Shown here piece by piece: positions 44,534 to 57,837 of a stretch of 64,000 bases of DNA. Within the stretch, counting starts at the first letter, position 1. Each line of letters starts with the position of its first letter. The stretch covers positions 160,001-224,000 of the forward strand of contig CAVXTM010000010.1 in NCBI GenBank assembly GCA_963764725.1, written 5' to 3'. Under the pieces are notes generated by a model that was not told the origin of the DNA, searched no databases, and was given only the letters and a program-made list of their open reading frames with translations. A program made the translations under genes and the position numbers. Origin of the DNA: an uncultured Gammaproteobacteria bacterium. GTDB taxonomy: Bacteria; Pseudomonadota; Gammaproteobacteria; JACCXJ01.

Positions 44534-45598
44534 CTAGCGGTGGTAGGGTAGGGATAACTCATGAACCGCATCGACCAGGACCCGGACGTGGTCTGGATCG
44601 ACCTCCGGCTCGATCCCGTGTCCCAGGTTGAATACATGGCCCGCGCCTTGGCCGTAGCTCGCGAGAATCGCGGCCACCTCCGTGCGTATCCGCTCGGGCG
44701 TCGCGAAGAGCACGGCGGGGTCCAGGTTACCTTGAAGGGCGACACGCTGACCGATGCGCCGTCTCGCCTCGCCGATGTCAATGTTCCAATCGAGGCCGAC
44801 GGCATCACAATCGCTCTCGGCCATCGCTTCCAGCCAGCCGCCTGATCCCTTGGTAAATACGATGACCGGGATCCGCTGCCCCTCGTGCTCCCGGCGCAGC
44901 GCGGCCAGCACCTGCCGCAGGTACCGCAACGAGAACTCATGGAAAGCCGCCGCCGTGAGCATGCCGCCCCAAGTATCGAAGATCATGAGCGCCTGAGCGC
45001 CGGCGGCCGCTTGTGCATTGAGATAGTCGGCCACCGCCCGCGCCAGCGTATCGAGCAGCCGGTGGGCGCTCCGCGACCTATCGTAGATCAGGCCCTTAAT
45101 ACGCCGGAAGCCTGTGCTGCTCCCGCCTTCGACCATGTACGTTGCAAGCGTCCACGGACTCCCGGCGAAGCCGATGAGCGGTAGCTTGCCGACGAGCTCC
45201 TTGCGGACGAGCCGGATGGCCTCCATCACGTAGCGCAGATCTTGCTCGGGATCGGGTACCGCCAAGGCGTTGATGTCTCCTTCGGTACGCACCGGACGCG
45301 CGAAGCGCGGGCCGATCCCTTCTCGCACCGTGAGGCCGAGGCCCATCGCATGCGGAATCGTGAGGATGTCAGAGAACAGAATGGCGGCGTCCAGCGGAAA
45401 GCGCGCAAGCGGTTGCAGCGTCACTTCGCACGCTAGCTCCGGTGTCGTGCACAAGGTCATGAAGTCCCCGGCCCGCTCGCGGGTTTCACGATATTCTGGA
45501 AGGTAGCGCCCGGCCTGGCGCATGAGCCAGATCGGTGTAACATCGACGGGTTGGCGCAAAAGCGCGCGCAGCAGCCGATCGTTCTTCAGTGACGGCAT
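44534..45598 (-). CDS. hemE: Uroporphyrinogen decarboxylase
   Basis: [31 protein letters not shown]. Confidence 0.97.
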   Translation of the reverse strand: MPSLKNDRLLRALLRQPVDVTPIWLMRQAGRYLPEYRETRERAGDFMTLCTTPELACEVTLQPLARFPLDAAILFSDILTIPHAMGLGLTVREGIGPRFARPVRTEGDINALAVPDPEQDLRYVMEAIRLVRKELVGKLPLIGFAGSPWTLATYMVEGGSSTGFRRIKGLIYDRSRSAHRLLDTLARAVADYLNAQAAAGAQALMIFDTWGGMLTAAAFHEFSLRYLRQVLAALRREHEGQRIPVIVFTKGSGGWLEAMAESDCDAVGLDWNIDIGEARRRIGQRVALQGNLDPAVLFATPERIRTEVAAILASYGQGAGHVFNLGHGIEPEVDPDHVRVLVDAVHELSLPYHR

Positions 45599-45649
45599 CG
45601 AATTTACTACGCGGGTTCGGCTGTGTGAACCGCGCCTATGGCGTTGGGA

Positions 45650-47098
45650 TTATGAAACCAGGGCCGGCAGGTCCGAACTCCCCATCAAGAACCTGTCGAT
45701 CCCGCGCGCCGCCGATCGACCCTCCGCGATGGCCCAAACGATGAGCGACTGGCCACGCTGCATATCGCCCGCGGTGAACACGCCGGGCGCACTAGTCATC
45801 CAATTCTTGTCGCGCAGGACATTGCCCCGCTCGGTGAGCTTCACCCCGAGCTGCTCCAGCATCCCGGGTTTCTCGGGACCGGTGAAGCCCATCGCCAGCA
45901 GCACCAGATCACAGGGCACCTCGAAACCCGATCCAGCGATCTCCTTGAAGCTTGGCCGGCCATTGACTTGTTCGATTTCTACTTGAACAAGTTCCAGGGC
46001 TACGACGTGGTCTCTCCCGTCGCCCTTAAACCGCTTGGTCGATACCGAATAGACCCGTTCGCCGCCTTCTTCGTGCGCGGACGACACCCGGTAAACATTC
46101 GGCCATAGCGGCCAGGGATTGTCTGGGGCGCGCTCTGCCGGGGGTCTGGAGAGAATCTCAAGTTGCTGCACCGAGGCCGCGCCTTGGCGGTGGACGGTGC
46201 CAAGGCAGTCGGCGCCGGTGTCGCCGCCGCCGATGATGACGACGTGCTTAGCGTGCGCCGTAATGAACTCGCCATCGGCCATGACATCCCCTTCACACCG
46301 GCGGTTTTGTTGAGTGAGATACTCCATCGCGAAATGAATTCCTTTAAGATCGCGCCCAGGGACCGGCAGATCACGAGGTGCGCACGCACCGCCGGTGAGC
46401 AGGATCGCATCGAACTCCCGGCGCAGCGCCTCGGCCGAGACATTATGCCCCACATGTGCGTTCGCCCGAAACTGTACGCCTTCCCGCTCGATCTGCCGCA
46501 AGCGCCGGTCGAGAACGCGCTTCTCCATCTTGAATTCCGGGATGCCGTAGCGCAGTAGGCCTCCGATCCGATCGGCGCGCTCGAATACCGTAACCGCATG
46601 CCCGGCGCGCCGCAACTGTTGGGCGGCCGCCAGCCCGGCCGGGCCCGAGCCGACGATCGCGACCCTTTTACCGGTTTCGAGCGCGGGAGGGGCGGGCTCG
46701 ATCCAACCCTCGGCAAACGCCCGATCGATGATCGTGAGCTCGACTGCCTTGATCGTCACCGGATCGTCATTGATACCGAGCACGCAGGCGCCCTCGCAGG
46801 GGGCGGGGCACAGGGTCCCGGTGAATTCTGGAAAGTTATTGGTCGCATGCAAGCGATCTATGGCCTCGCGCCAGAGATTTCGATAGACGAGATCGTTCCA
46901 ATCCGGGATCAGGTTGCCCAAGGGACAACCCTGGTGACAGAACGGGATCCCGCAATCCATGCAGCGCGCGGCTTGCTGCTTGAGCACTTCCTGGGGCCAC
47001 GGCGACATGACCTGACCCCAATCATGGACGCGCTTCTGGATGGGGCGGTACGGTTGCTTCTGGCGCTTGAATTCAACGAATCCGGTCACCTTACCCAT
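45650..47098 (-). CDS. gltD: Glutamate synthase small subunit
   Basis: [37 protein letters not shown]. Confidence 0.97.
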   Translation of the reverse strand: MGKVTGFVEFKRQKQPYRPIQKRVHDWGQVMSPWPQEVLKQQAARCMDCGIPFCHQGCPLGNLIPDWNDLVYRNLWREAIDRLHATNNFPEFTGTLCPAPCEGACVLGINDDPVTIKAVELTIIDRAFAEGWIEPAPPALETGKRVAIVGSGPAGLAAAQQLRRAGHAVTVFERADRIGGLLRYGIPEFKMEKRVLDRRLRQIEREGVQFRANAHVGHNVSAEALRREFDAILLTGGACAPRDLPVPGRDLKGIHFAMEYLTQQNRRCEGDVMADGEFITAHAKHVVIIGGGDTGADCLGTVHRQGAASVQQLEILSRPPAERAPDNPWPLWPNVYRVSSAHEEGGERVYSVSTKRFKGDGRDHVVALELVQVEIEQVNGRPSFKEIAGSGFEVPCDLVLLAMGFTGPEKPGMLEQLGVKLTERGNVLRDKNWMTSAPGVFTAGDMQRGQSLIVWAIAEGRSAARGIDRFLMGSSDLPALVS

Positions 47099-50000
47099 GA
47101 GCGGCTTCCATGACTGCCTGTTCTTCCGGTACGCCGGTGGCCTGGGCTTTAACGATGGCCGCCAGCACGCGCTTGTAGTCTTTAGGCATGATCTTCACGA
47201 ATTTTTTCTGCATGGACGTCCAGTTAGCCAGGGCTTGGTGTGCGACCCTGCTCTGGGTACAGCGGGCATGACGGTGGAGCATGTCCTTGATGCAGTCAAT
47301 CTCCGCGGGATCGGCTAAAGGTTCGAGATCGACCATGCCGAGGTTGCAGCGGCGTTCGAAGCCGCCGTCGAGATTCAGCACGTAGGCGATGCCGCCTGAC
47401 ATCCCGGCCGCGAAGTTGCGCCCGGTCCGTCCCAGCACCAGGACGCGGCCCCCGGTCATATATTCGCAGGCGTGGTCTCCGACACCCTCGACCACGGCAA
47501 GCGCGCCGCTATTGCGTACCGCGAAGCGCTCGCCTGCGACGCCGCGTATATAAACTTCGCCGCCGGTGGCCCCGTAGAGTACCACGTTACCGACGATGAT
47601 ATTATCCTCGGCGACCAAGGTGGAATGCCGCGGCGGGTGGAGAATGATCTTGCCTCCCGATAGACCCTTGGCGAGGTAGTCGTTGGCGTCGCCCTCGAGG
47701 GTCATGGTCACGCCGCGCGGCAGGAAGGCTCCGAAGCTTTGGCCCGCCGAACCCGTGAAATGGATGCGTATGGTGTTGTCGGGCAGGCCTTCGGCGCCGT
47801 AGCGGCGCGTGATCTCGTAGCCGAGGAGGGTGCCTACGGTGCGGTTGATGTTGCGGATAGGAAGAATGATGTTGAGCGGTTTTCGCTCCTCCAGCGCCGC
47901 CCGGCAAAGCGGAATGAGTGTTATTCTATCCAGAGATTTGTCGAGCTCGTGATCTTGCTCCCGGATCCTGCGAATCGCGACCTCCGGACCCATCTGCGGC
48001 CGGTGCAGGATCTGCGAGAAATCCAAGCCCTTCGCCTTCCAGTGCACGATGGCCTTCTTCATATCCAGCTTGTCCACCCGTCCGATCATCTCGTCCACGG
48101 TACGGAAGCCGAGCCGTGACATGTTCTCGCGGATCTCCTGGGCGATGAAACGGAAAAAGTTTTCAACAAACTTGGGCTCACCGTTGAACTTTTTGCGAAG
48201 CTCCGGATCCTGGGTCGCGATGCCGACCGGACAGGTGTTGAGGTGGCAGACGCGCATCATGATACAACCCATGACCACGAGCGGCGCGGTCGAGAAACCG
48301 TATTCCTCGGCGCCGAGGAGAGCGGCGATCACCACATCGCGTCCCGTCTTGAGTTGGCCGTCGGTCTGCACCACGATGCGGTCGCGGAGCTTGTTCATGA
48401 CCAATACCTGCTGGGTTTCCGCGAGACCGAGCTCCCAAGGCACCCCGGCATGCTTGAGCGAGGTTACGGGCGAGGCCCCGGTGCCTCCATCGTAGCCCGA
48501 TATCAGTACCACATCGGCGTGCGCCTTGGCGACGCCGGCGGCGATGGTTCCAACGCCAACCTCCGCCACGAGCTTGACGTGGATGCGCGCTCGTGGATTC
48601 GAGTTCTTGAGATCGTAGATGAGCTGGGCGAGGTCCTCGATCGAGTAGATATCGTGATGCGGGGGCGGTGAAATCAAACCGACCCCCGGTGTCGAAAAAC
48701 GTACCTTGGCGATCCAAGGATAGACCTTGTGTCCGGGTAACTGTCCGCCCTCGCCGGGCTTTGCGCCTTGGGCGATCTTGATCTGGACGTCATCGGCATT
48801 AACGAGGTACTCGCTGGTGACGCCGAAGCGGCCCGAGGCCACCTGTTTGACGGCGCTGCGGCGCAAGTCTCCGTTCGCATCGGGTTTGAAGCGCGCGGGA
48901 TCTTCGCCGCCTTCGCCGGTGTTGGATTTGGCGCCCATACGGTTCATGGCGATTGCGAGCGTCTCGTGCGCTTCTTGGCTGATCGAGCCATAGGACATCG
49001 CGCCGGTCGCGAAGCGCTTGAGGATCGATTCCGCCGGCTCCACTTCTTCCAGCGGGATTGGATTTTCCGCCAGCTTGAATTCGAACAAGCCACGCAAGGT
49101 AGCCAGGTTCTCGTTCTGTTCGTCAACTAGGCGGGTGTACTCCTTGAAGACTTTGTATTGTCCGGTACGCGTCGCATGCTGCAGCTTGAAAACCGTCTCG
49201 GGATTGAAGAGATGGTACTCGCCGTCGCGCCGCCACTGATATTCGCCGCCCCAGTCGAGATCGGGTTTCCCGGCCGGACGCTCCGTGAACGCGCGGTGGT
49301 GGCGCAACGCGATCTCCTTGGCGATCACCTCGAGCCCAATCCCGCCGATACGCGACGCGGTCCGGGTAAAGTAGGCATCGACTAATTCCTGCTCTAATCC
49401 CACGGCCTCGAAGATCTGGGCGCCACGATAGGATTGGATCGTGGAGATCCCCACTTTGGATATGACCTTGAGCACGCCCTTGTTCAAGGCCTTGATGTAG
49501 TTTTTCACCGCTCGGGCCTGATCGACGCCTTCCAACAGCCCCTGATGAATCATGTCGTCGAGGGTCTCAAATGCCAAATAGGGATTGATGGCGCCGGCCC
49601 CGTAACCGATGAGCACGGCGGCATGATGAACCTCGCGCGGCTCGCCGGTTTCCACAACCAGGCCCGCCTTGACGCGCGTGCCTTCGCGGACCAGATGGTG
49701 ATGCACGCCGGCGGTCGCGAGTAACGCCGGTATCGGTGCGAAATGCTCGTTGACGCCGCGATCGGAGAGAATGATGTAGGTCGATCCCTCGCCGATGGCT
49801 TGGCTCGCACACGCGCAGATATCCTGCATGGCCCGTGCGAGCCCGCTGCCGCCGTCGGCGGCCGGGAACAAGATCGGAATGGTTACCGAGCGAAATCCAG
49901 GCAGATCGAGGTGGCGGATCTTAGCGAGCTCGCGGTTGTCGAGGATCGGCGTTTTGAGTTTTAATAACCGGCAGCTCTCGGGTCCGGGGGCGAGCAGGTT

Positions 50001-51722
50001 GCCTTCGGGTCCGATGGGGGTCTCGGTCTGGGTGACCAACTCTTCGCGAATACCGTCGAGAGGCGGGTTCGTCACCTGCGCGAAAAGCTGCTTAAAGTAA
50101 TCGTAGAGCAATCTCGGGCGATTCGATAGCACCGCCAGCGCGGCGTCCGTGCCCATCGACCCGATGGGCTCTTCGCCGGTCTTCGCCATGGGCGCCATGA
50201 TGAGCCGCAGATCCTCGTGCGTATACCCAAACGCTTGCTGCCGCCTGAGGACCGTTGCGTGATCGGGTTCGTGCACTTCGGGCGGCTCGGGTAACTGTTC
50301 GAGCGGCACGATGCTCTGCGAGAGCCATGCGCGGTAGGGGTGGGCACTCGCAAAGGTGTGCTTGAGCTCCGCGTCATCGATGATGCGTCCTTCGCGGGTA
50401 TCGACGAGGAAGATACGTCCGGGGTGCAGGCGTTCCTTAATCAAAACGTTTTCCGGTGGAATGTCCAGTACACCCACCTCGGAGGCCATGACCACTATAC
50501 CGTCCTTGGTGACGTAGTAACGAGACGGGCGCAAACCGTTCCGATCAAGCACCGCGCCGATCACTGTTCCATCCGTGAACGCTATGGAAGCGGGCCCGTC
50601 CCAGGGCTCCATCAGGCAGCCGTGGTAGTCGTAAAATGCCTTGCGTTCATCGTTCATCGACTCATGTCCGCTCCAGGCCTCCGGGATCATCATCAGTACC
50701 GCGTGCGCGAGCGGACGGCCGCTCATATGCAAGAACTCCAGCACGTTATCGAAGCACCCCGAATCGCTGCCCTCCTCATCGATGATCGGGAACAGCTTTT
50801 TGAGGTCCTCGCCAAAAAGGGGCGAAGCGCAAAGCGCCTCTCGGGCACGCATCCAATTGATATTGCCTCGCAAGGTGTTGATCTCGCCGTTGTGGGCGAT
50901 GTAGCGGAACGGTTGCGCGAGCGGCCAGGAGGGAAAGGTATTCGTCGAAAAGCGCTGATGCACTAAGGCCAGCGCGGATTCGACGGCCGGATCGACGATA
51001 TCGGGAAACATCGCTTCGATTTGATTCCCGGTCAACATCCCCTTGTAAATCAGTGTGCGGCACGACAGGCTTGGGATGTAGAACATGTCACGCTCGGACA
51101 GATCGGAGCCCCGGACTGCGTGCTCAATGCGTTTGCGGATCACATATAAGCGGCGTTCGAAGGCGGCCTCATCGCCGATCTTCGCCGAGCAGCCGATGAA
51201 CACTTGCTTGAAGCCCGGTTCCACGGCTTGCGCCGAGGCGCCGATGAGCGTGTCGTCGGCGGGGACCGCCCTCCAGCCGAGCACCCGCTGACCTTCCTCT
51301 CTTATGATGGCCTCGAAACGATCGCGGCACACCCGCGCTTGGGCCGGGTCCCGCGGCAGAAAGACCAAGCCAGCGCCGTACTGGCCGAGGGCCGGCAGGT
51401 TTATCCCGAGTGTGGCGCATTCGCGGGCGAGAAACCCGTGTGGTATTTGCAGCAGTATGCCGCAGCCGTCGCCGGTATTGACTTCACACCCGCACGCGCC
51501 GCGATGCATGAGATTTTTTAGGATCGTCAATGCTTGCATCACGATGGTATGGGATTGTCTCCCCTTTATGTCGGCCACGAAGCCGACACCGCAAGCGTCA
51601 TGCTCGAATGCAGGGTCATAAAGACCCTCTTTCGCATGTCCAACCCAATGCATAGCTACGTCACCACCCTGATGAGTTAAAACTCGAATATTACTTACGT
51701 GTTTATTCGAGATCATGGGCAT
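47091..51722 (-). CDS. gltB: Glutamate synthase large subunit (start may be about 51653)
   Basis: [42 protein letters not shown]. Confidence 0.98.
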   Translation of the reverse strand: MPMISNKHVSNIRVLTHQGGDVAMHWVGHAKEGLYDPAFEHDACGVGFVADIKGRQSHTIVMQALTILKNLMHRGACGCEVNTGDGCGILLQIPHGFLARECATLGINLPALGQYGAGLVFLPRDPAQARVCRDRFEAIIREEGQRVLGWRAVPADDTLIGASAQAVEPGFKQVFIGCSAKIGDEAAFERRLYVIRKRIEHAVRGSDLSERDMFYIPSLSCRTLIYKGMLTGNQIEAMFPDIVDPAVESALALVHQRFSTNTFPSWPLAQPFRYIAHNGEINTLRGNINWMRAREALCASPLFGEDLKKLFPIIDEEGSDSGCFDNVLEFLHMSGRPLAHAVLMMIPEAWSGHESMNDERKAFYDYHGCLMEPWDGPASIAFTDGTVIGAVLDRNGLRPSRYYVTKDGIVVMASEVGVLDIPPENVLIKERLHPGRIFLVDTREGRIIDDAELKHTFASAHPYRAWLSQSIVPLEQLPEPPEVHEPDHATVLRRQQAFGYTHEDLRLIMAPMAKTGEEPIGSMGTDAALAVLSNRPRLLYDYFKQLFAQVTNPPLDGIREELVTQTETPIGPEGNLLAPGPESCRLLKLKTPILDNRELAKIRHLDLPGFRSVTIPILFPAADGGSGLARAMQDICACASQAIGEGSTYIILSDRGVNEHFAPIPALLATAGVHHHLVREGTRVKAGLVVETGEPREVHHAAVLIGYGAGAINPYLAFETLDDMIHQGLLEGVDQARAVKNYIKALNKGVLKVISKVGISTIQSYRGAQIFEAVGLEQELVDAYFTRTASRIGGIGLEVIAKEIALRHHRAFTERPAGKPDLDWGGEYQWRRDGEYHLFNPETVFKLQHATRTGQYKVFKEYTRLVDEQNENLATLRGLFEFKLAENPIPLEEVEPAESILKRFATGAMSYGSISQEAHETLAIAMNRMGAKSNTGEGGEDPARFKPDANGDLRRSAVKQVASGRFGVTSEYLVNADDVQIKIAQGAKPGEGGQLPGHKVYPWIAKVRFSTPGVGLISPPPHHDIYSIEDLAQLIYDLKNSNPRARIHVKLVAEVGVGTIAAGVAKAHADVVLISGYDGGTGASPVTSLKHAGVPWELGLAETQQVLVMNKLRDRIVVQTDGQLKTGRDVVIAALLGAEEYGFSTAPLVVMGCIMMRVCHLNTCPVGIATQDPELRKKFNGEPKFVENFFRFIAQEIRENMSRLGFRTVDEMIGRVDKLDMKKAIVHWKAKGLDFSQILHRPQMGPEVAIRRIREQDHELDKSLDRITLIPLCRAALEERKPLNIILPIRNINRTVGTLLGYEITRRYGAEGLPDNTIRIHFTGSAGQSFGAFLPRGVTMTLEGDANDYLAKGLSGGKIILHPPRHSTLVAEDNIIVGNVVLYGATGGEVYIRGVAGERFAVRNSGALAVVEGVGDHACEYMTGGRVLVLGRTGRNFAAGMSGGIAYVLNLDGGFERRCNLGMVDLEPLADPAEIDCIKDMLHRHARCTQSRVAHQALANWTSMQKKFVKIMPKDYKRVLAAIVKAQATGVPEEQAVMEAAHG

Positions 51723-51928
51723 AAGCGCCTAGCGCAGAGATCCGCCTAGGCATGTCTATACGAGCCCCTCTCCGGGTCCTGTCTAGCCACGACCGGCACA
51801 TGAGTATATAACCGCGATTCGGGAGTGTCACGGCGTTCGCGTTAATGCCTTTTCAACCTATGGCTTTTCGATGGTAGCGCGGCGGGGCGACAAATTAGCC
51901 CCTTTCGTGCTCGCTTGAGCGTTGGGAA

Positions 51929-53374
51929 CTACCGCTGCGGCGGGTTTCCCAGCGCTTTCAAGTCGGCGATTCGCCGCGGCCAGGGTTGTTGGGCTTGTAT
52001 CGCCTTGGGTAAGGTTCGCACGGCCGCGCTTGCGGCGCGGCGATCGGGGAACGGACCGAGGACGACGAGGTACCACGCCTGACCCTTGCGCCGGATCGCA
52101 ACCACGCGCGCCCGGCCGCCGAGCTGATGCTGTGCCAGGAACCGTTCGCCGGCAGCCGGATCCCGGATCGCAAGCAGTTGTAACACGTACTGGTCGGGTG
52201 GGGGTGGCCGCGGGAGCGTCAGCACAGGTTCGATCCGGGCGTTTTCTCCGGCCGTGGGTGCGGCGAGGCCGGATTTGAGCCTCGGTTGGCTAATCTTCGG
52301 CGATTGCGGCGGCGCGGCGGCAAGCGGCGCTTGTTTCGGCGGGGAAAGCTCGATCGGCGGCGGATCCTCGGAAGGGAGGCGAAGGAATCGGTCTTGGAGG
52401 GAGTCGACCGCGATAATGACACTCGCCGCGGCGAGCAATGCGGCGACGGTGTTAAGACGCCATTGGTACTTCGCGATGGAACCGAAGCGCGGCGAGGATT
52501 CTTCATGCTCACTCCCGGTGGGCGATGGTTGCTTGACGGTTTGCCGCATGAGGTGATCGATGCGTCCGGGGGATCCGGCGGATCCCCCATGTATTCGCGC
52601 GGCCTCGGTCCCGTCCAGCGGCAGAAAGCTCGCTAAGCCCCGGCGGTTGTAGCGGGCCTCGAGATAGGCCCGCGTCTGCTCGAGGGTAAAAGACGGCATA
52701 TACAAAATATGGACGATAGTCTCTCGCAGGGACTGGAGCTCCGGGGCCTCAAGTATGGTGTTAATGTGCGGCTCACACAGCAAGACAACACGCAACGCGT
52801 CAAGCTTGGAGCGTCCGCGCGCAAACAGGAGCTTGAGCGCATCGGCGGGCAGCTCATGGGCGTCATCAACGAATAACACCGTAATGAGACTACTTTTTTC
52901 ACGCTGACGGAGGATCGCGCCGATCGCCTCGGTCAATGCCTCGCGATCCGCTCCCACCGCGCTGGCGCCGACCGAGGCCGCGAGGTCCCTCAGGAGCGAG
53001 CGGGAGTCGAGCATGGGATTCGCATTAAATCGCGTTACTAACCAGGTGTCCGGCGCCCGCGCTAGCACTTGGTCGGCGAGCGTGGTTTTTCCGCTCTGGC
53101 GCTCGCCGATCACGAGCAGTAGCCGATCGCTGTGGTCGATAAGGTGGCGGATGAGCTCCAGCCGTTGCGTCAAGGCCGGTGTTGTGAAGTAGAACTCCGC
53201 TTCGGGCCCGGGCGACGTTTCTCCAGGGTGGTCCGGAGCAGGCGCTTCGGGGACGCGCACCGCTATGCGCTCACGCGCCGGCCTATCCAGCGCGGCGGTT
53301 TGAATACCGCATTTAGGCGGGGAGGGGCTCCGCACGACATGCGGCGAGTGTATGACGCAAGCAGCCTCTGTCAT
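51929..53374 (-). CDS. ExeA-like AAA ATPase with C-terminal SPOR domain (DamX position)
   Basis: [18 protein letters not shown] segment, YVLQL...WYLVVLGPF...PWPR; follows aroB. Confidence 0.8.
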   Translation of the reverse strand: MTEAACVIHSPHVVRSPSPPKCGIQTAALDRPARERIAVRVPEAPAPDHPGETSPGPEAEFYFTTPALTQRLELIRHLIDHSDRLLLVIGERQSGKTTLADQVLARAPDTWLVTRFNANPMLDSRSLLRDLAASVGASAVGADREALTEAIGAILRQREKSSLITVLFVDDAHELPADALKLLFARGRSKLDALRVVLLCEPHINTILEAPELQSLRETIVHILYMPSFTLEQTRAYLEARYNRRGLASFLPLDGTEAARIHGGSAGSPGRIDHLMRQTVKQPSPTGSEHEESSPRFGSIAKYQWRLNTVAALLAAASVIIAVDSLQDRFLRLPSEDPPPIELSPPKQAPLAAAPPQSPKISQPRLKSGLAAPTAGENARIEPVLTLPRPPPPDQYVLQLLAIRDPAAGERFLAQHQLGGRARVVAIRRKGQAWYLVVLGPFPDRRAASAAVRTLPKAIQAQQPWPRRIADLKALGNPPQR

Positions 53375-54401
53375 AGTCCCCCGTGACGACCGCCTGACCG
53401 ATTTTCTTCAGTAACACGAGACGAAGGGTGCCGTCCAGAGCTTTTTTGTCGACTGCCATGAGACGCAACATCCGATCGGTGGAGAGCGGGCAGCGCACAG
53501 GTAACTCCGCCTGTCGCAGCAGGGACTCGATGCGCCTTAATTCGTCTTCGCCCAGCCAACCGAGCCGCACCGACAGATCCGCGGCCATGGAAAGCCCGGC
53601 CGCAACGGCTTCCCCGTGCAACCAGGCGCCATAGCCGAGGCCGGTCTCGATGGCATGGCCGAAGGTGTGGCCAAGATTGAGCATTGCGCGCATGCCGGAC
53701 TCGCGCTCGTCGGCGGCGACGACCTCGGCTTTGATAGCACACGAGCGCTCGATGACATAACTAAGCGCCGCGGGATCGCGTCCCAGGAGGCGCGGCAGGT
53801 AACTCTCCAGCCACGCAAAGAAATCGCCATCGCGGATGAGGCCGTACTTGATCACTTCGGCCAAACCGGCCCGGAATTCTCTGGGATGTAGGGTGACCAG
53901 CGTATCGATGTCGGCGATGACGCAACGGGGCTGGTGGAAAGCCCCGATCATGTTCTTCCCGAGCCGATGATTCACGCCCGTTTTTCCGCCGACCGACGAG
54001 TCAACTTGGGACAAAAGCGTGGTCGGGATCTGGACAAAATTCACGCCACGCTGATAGCAAGCCGCGGCAAATCCGGTAATATCCCCGACCACCCCGCCGC
54101 CAAGCGCGATCAAGGTACAGCGCCGATCAAAGCGGCGTTCCAGCAGTGCGGTGATGATGCGGTTCATGGTCTCGAGCGTCTTGTATTCTTCTCCGTCGGG
54201 AAGAGTCACGCTGCCGGTATCGTAATCGCTGAGATGCGCCGTCACCCGAGCCATATAGAGCGGCGCCACGGTCTCGTTCGACACGATCATCACCTGCGCA
54301 TCAGGGAGATAGGGGGTGAGGAGCGCGCGCCTATCGATCAAGCCCGCGCCGATGAAAATCGGATAGCTACGCGGGCCGAGCTCTAGGCGCAGGGTCTTCA
54401 T
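53313..54401 (-). CDS. aroB: 3-dehydroquinate synthase
   Basis: [36 protein letters not shown]. Confidence 0.97.
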   Translation of the reverse strand: MKTLRLELGPRSYPIFIGAGLIDRRALLTPYLPDAQVMIVSNETVAPLYMARVTAHLSDYDTGSVTLPDGEEYKTLETMNRIITALLERRFDRRCTLIALGGGVVGDITGFAAACYQRGVNFVQIPTTLLSQVDSSVGGKTGVNHRLGKNMIGAFHQPRCVIADIDTLVTLHPREFRAGLAEVIKYGLIRDGDFFAWLESYLPRLLGRDPAALSYVIERSCAIKAEVVAADERESGMRAMLNLGHTFGHAIETGLGYGAWLHGEAVAAGLSMAADLSVRLGWLGEDELRRIESLLRQAELPVRCPLSTDRMLRLMAVDKKALDGTLRLVLLKKIGQAVVTGDYDRGCLRHTLAACRAEPLPA

Positions 54402-54922
54402 CGCTGTTCGACGAAATGACGGATCTCGGTGATGACCTGCCTTAGCGTGCGGCCGTCGGTATTGATGACCAGGTCCGCAACCTCGCGATAGAGCGGATCG
54501 CGGTGTCTAAGAAGCTCCTGCAACGTGTGCTGCGGATCCACCGTCTGCAATAACGGACGATTGATATCCCGGCGCGTGCGTGTAAACAGCCGATCGGCCG
54601 AGGCCCGCAAGTACACGGCTATCCCGCGAGTCTTAATACACTCCCGATTGTAGGCATCGATTACGGCGCCACCCCCGGTGGCTAGTACCATGTTTTGCTG
54701 CAGCGTGAGCTCGTCGATGATCTTGCTTTCCCGACGGCGAAAGCCCGCTTCTCCTTCGATGTCGAAAATGAGCGCCACACTGGCTCCGGTCCTTGCTTCT
54801 ATTTCACGATCGCTGTCGTGAAACTCCTTAACCATGGATCGCGCAAGCTGCCGCCCGATGGTAGTCTTACCGGCGCCCATCGGTCCGATGAGAAAGATAT
54901 TACCGGATTGACACGAAAGCAA
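54398..54922 (-). CDS. aroK: Shikimate kinase
   Basis: [27 protein letters not shown]. Confidence 0.96.
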   Translation of the reverse strand: MLSCQSGNIFLIGPMGAGKTTIGRQLARSMVKEFHDSDREIEARTGASVALIFDIEGEAGFRRRESKIIDELTLQQNMVLATGGGAVIDAYNRECIKTRGIAVYLRASADRLFTRTRRDINRPLLQTVDPQHTLQELLRHRDPLYREVADLVINTDGRTLRQVITEIRHFVEQR

Positions 54923-55059
54923 CGCTTGAGGATCTCGTTGAAAGACTCGGCACGATCACTGTACCGGTTCGTTGGAAACGACGCAAACCGCCCGGATGCG
55001 GCTCATCCCTGAGCCGTGCTGGAACTCTAGATCCCCCCGGGTGGCGCTTGCGGAGGGCG

Positions 55060-57243
55060 TTACCTCAAGCTCAAGGATTCCTTGATGATGCGCGGGGTGA
55101 CGAAGATCAACAACTCGTCCTTGTTGCGCACATTCGCCGAATTCTTGAACAGCGGCCCGACATACGGCAGCTCTCCGAAGAACGGGACCCGTCGTGAATT
55201 GTTGCTATTAGTCTGTTCATAGACCCCTCCTAGTACCACCGTCTCGCCGTTATCGACCAGCACTTCGCTCTGGACGTTGCGAGTATCGATACAGGGGACA
55301 TCCGCGATGGCGCATTGGAAGGGCGCGTCTTTATGGACATTGAGGCTCATGTTGATGCGATCATCCGGGGTAATGTGCGGGGTCACCCGCAGGCTCAACA
55401 CGGCTTTTTTGAAGCTGATGGATGTGGCACCACTCGATGACGCCTCCCTATAGGGGACCTCGGTGCCCTGTTCGATGACGGCTTCTTTTTGATCGGCCGT
55501 GATTACGCGCGGGCTCGAGATGATCTCCCCGCGTCCTTCGGCTTGAAGTGCGGAAAGTTCGAGCTGCAGTAAATAACTCCCAATCTTTCCGATCGCCAAC
55601 CCGATCGCGCCCGCGGGGGTGGAAGCCGTGGGCAGGTCAACGATGAAGTCCTCGAGGTCATCGGTCGAGAACGCCGTCGTTTCGCCGAAATCGGTGTCGC
55701 CTGGCCGCTTACCACCAACCACCACGCCAAAATTATCCGTGGATAACCCGGAATTCTTGCTGTAACCGAATTTAACCCCGAGCTCCTTGGTGAAATCCTG
55801 GTTTGCGATCACGATGCGTGATTCGATCAGCACCTGCCGTACGGGCACATCCAGGGTCGTGATCACCTGGCGCATCTCCGCCAATTTCTCGGCCGTCTCT
55901 TGAATCAAAAGCGTATTGGTGCGCTGGTCAACCGAGACATTACCGCGTTCGGTCAAAAGCTTGTTTTCCTCAGCCTTGAGGAGGGTTGCGAGATCCCCCG
56001 CCTTGGCATAGTTAATCTCGACGAACTCGGTCCTAAGCGGCGCCAGTTCGGCGATTTGCTTTTGTGTCTCAAGCTCGAGTTTTTCGCGCTGCGCGATCTC
56101 CTCTTGCGGTGCGACCATGATGACGTTGCCGGCCTTCCGCATTCCCAGCCCCTTGGATTTTAGGATGATCTCCAGGCCTTGATCCCAAGGCACGTTCTTT
56201 AGCCGCAAGGTCACATTACCGGTCACCGTATCCGAGGCGACCAGATTGAGGCCGGTAAAGTCAGCGATGAGCTGCAATACCGCCCGGACCTCGATGTCCT
56301 GGAAATTCAAGGACAGCCGTTCCCCGGTATAGCCGAACTTCGCCTTCTTCACCGCTTCTTCTTGCTCCTTGGTGAGCGGTTTTACTTCCACCGTGAGGAT
56401 GTTATCGGATTGGTAGGCCAGGTGCTCGTAGTATCCGGTGGGTGTAATGGCCATGCGGATCCCGCCTTCGTAAGCGAAGCTGTCGATTTCTTTCACCGGC
56501 GTTGCAAAATCCAGTACGTCGAGACGCCGATCGAGGCGCTCCGGCAAGCGAGCATCGACAAAATCAATCAGGATCTGATTGCCTTCTTCATGTATATTCG
56601 AGGCAATTGATGCGTCCGACAATACCACCACGACACGCGCCTCGCCCCCCTCGCCACGCCGGAAGTCGATGTCCTTGATATGGGGTCCGCGCAGTGCGGG
56701 TTCCGGCGGGGCTTTCGGTACCTGTGCGGTGGGCGTGGGATGCGCCGCGACGGGCTGTCTTAGGGGCGCGGGCCGCGCCGCTGTTACGGCTGCCGGCGTA
56801 GCACCACCTAGCGTTATCACCACCGCGTTTCCGTCTTTTCTCAACTGGTAGGGAACCAACCGTACCAGGTTCAGTACGACGCGGGTGCGTCCACCCGCCT
56901 CTACGGCACTCACGCTTTGCGCCGGTCCAATTCCGATGGCGCGATGCTTCGCGGATAGGTTTATACGCGTCTCAGGTAGATCGAGGGCGATGCGCGCCGG
57001 GTTATCGATCGTAAAAGTGAGCGGATCTCGCGCTAGGGGATTCGAAAGCTGTAATCGAATTTGCACCTCGTCCCCCGGCAGGGTCGTAAAGGTGACCGCA
57101 TCTAGGCTGTTTTGGGCCGCCCATGCCATGGACGACAGCGTCAACGCCAAGCTCAGCGCGATGCTGCTCCCTACCCTTGACGCCACATCCCGCAACTCGG
57201 TTCCAATCATTTCGTGAATCCCCCAATATCGGTGTGTATTCAT
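55060..57243 (-). CDS. pilQ: Type IV pilus secretin
   Basis: AMIN domains, LSLNFQDIEVR, VPWDQ, GETVVLGGVY, ELLIFVTPRI. Confidence 0.96.
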   Translation of the reverse strand: MNTHRYWGIHEMIGTELRDVASRVGSSIALSLALTLSSMAWAAQNSLDAVTFTTLPGDEVQIRLQLSNPLARDPLTFTIDNPARIALDLPETRINLSAKHRAIGIGPAQSVSAVEAGGRTRVVLNLVRLVPYQLRKDGNAVVITLGGATPAAVTAARPAPLRQPVAAHPTPTAQVPKAPPEPALRGPHIKDIDFRRGEGGEARVVVVLSDASIASNIHEEGNQILIDFVDARLPERLDRRLDVLDFATPVKEIDSFAYEGGIRMAITPTGYYEHLAYQSDNILTVEVKPLTKEQEEAVKKAKFGYTGERLSLNFQDIEVRAVLQLIADFTGLNLVASDTVTGNVTLRLKNVPWDQGLEIILKSKGLGMRKAGNVIMVAPQEEIAQREKLELETQKQIAELAPLRTEFVEINYAKAGDLATLLKAEENKLLTERGNVSVDQRTNTLLIQETAEKLAEMRQVITTLDVPVRQVLIESRIVIANQDFTKELGVKFGYSKNSGLSTDNFGVVVGGKRPGDTDFGETTAFSTDDLEDFIVDLPTASTPAGAIGLAIGKIGSYLLQLELSALQAEGRGEIISSPRVITADQKEAVIEQGTEVPYREASSSGATSISFKKAVLSLRVTPHITPDDRINMSLNVHKDAPFQCAIADVPCIDTRNVQSEVLVDNGETVVLGGVYEQTNSNNSRRVPFFGELPYVGPLFKNSANVRNKDELLIFVTPRIIKESLSLR

Positions 57244-57261
57244 GTGTCTACCCCTCCAGGC

Positions 57262-57837
57262 CTACTCTTCTTCGTCCAAAAGCGCCAGGGACGCGGCGCG
57301 TTCCTCCCAGCTGCCCTGCATATCGCCGATGATTTCGCGTACTTCGATTTTATCTTCGGCGATATTGATGATTCTGCCGAAGTTTTTCCCCATGTAATTC
57401 CCTACCTTCACGCGATGGACCGTGCCTTCTTGGTCGAGCACGACTCCCCAGAAATCAGCGCTGTTCTGAAGGGTTCCAACCATGCGTAAGCCGTCTAGCT
57501 CGAAGTTTTCGAGCTCCTCGGGGTTATGGGTTTCAATTTCTTCGATGTATTTTCTTTGCGCGTCGGACACGTTCCTTTCAATGTTGGTGCTGCGTTTCGT
57601 CTCAAAGAACGGCTCAAACGGATCGCGCGCGTCGGCCTCCCCAGATTGGTACAGGTAGCGCTCATAGGGCTTGATCTCCGGAAGAGGGTCGATGGTGCCC
57701 CCTTTGCGGCTCAGGACCTCGGCGACGTAAGCTTGCAGATCACTTAGGTCATCGGATCCGCACCCGCTTAGTAGGAAGGCGGTGGCGACAAGCGCCCCGC
57801 GCATGGTGTACTGGAGAAACTGTTTCTGGTGGCTCAT
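57262..57837 (-). CDS. pilP: Type IV pilus lipoprotein PilP
   Basis: LSGC lipobox, RDPF, LENFELD.LRMVGT, VGNYMGKNFG. Confidence 0.93.
   Translation of the reverse strand: MSHQKQFLQYTMRGALVATAFLLSGCGSDDLSDLQAYVAEVLSRKGGTIDPLPEIKPYERYLYQSGEADARDPFEPFFETKRSTNIERNVSDAQRKYIEEIETHNPEELENFELDGLRMVGTLQNSADFWGVVLDQEGTVHRVKVGNYMGKNFGRIINIAEDKIEVREIIGDMQGSWEERAASLALLDEEE

Noticed and set aside
55021-55041. TCTAGA...CCCGGG polylinker-like stretch between pilQ and aroK
   Set aside because: Too short and not an exact vector match; the surrounding gene order is native.
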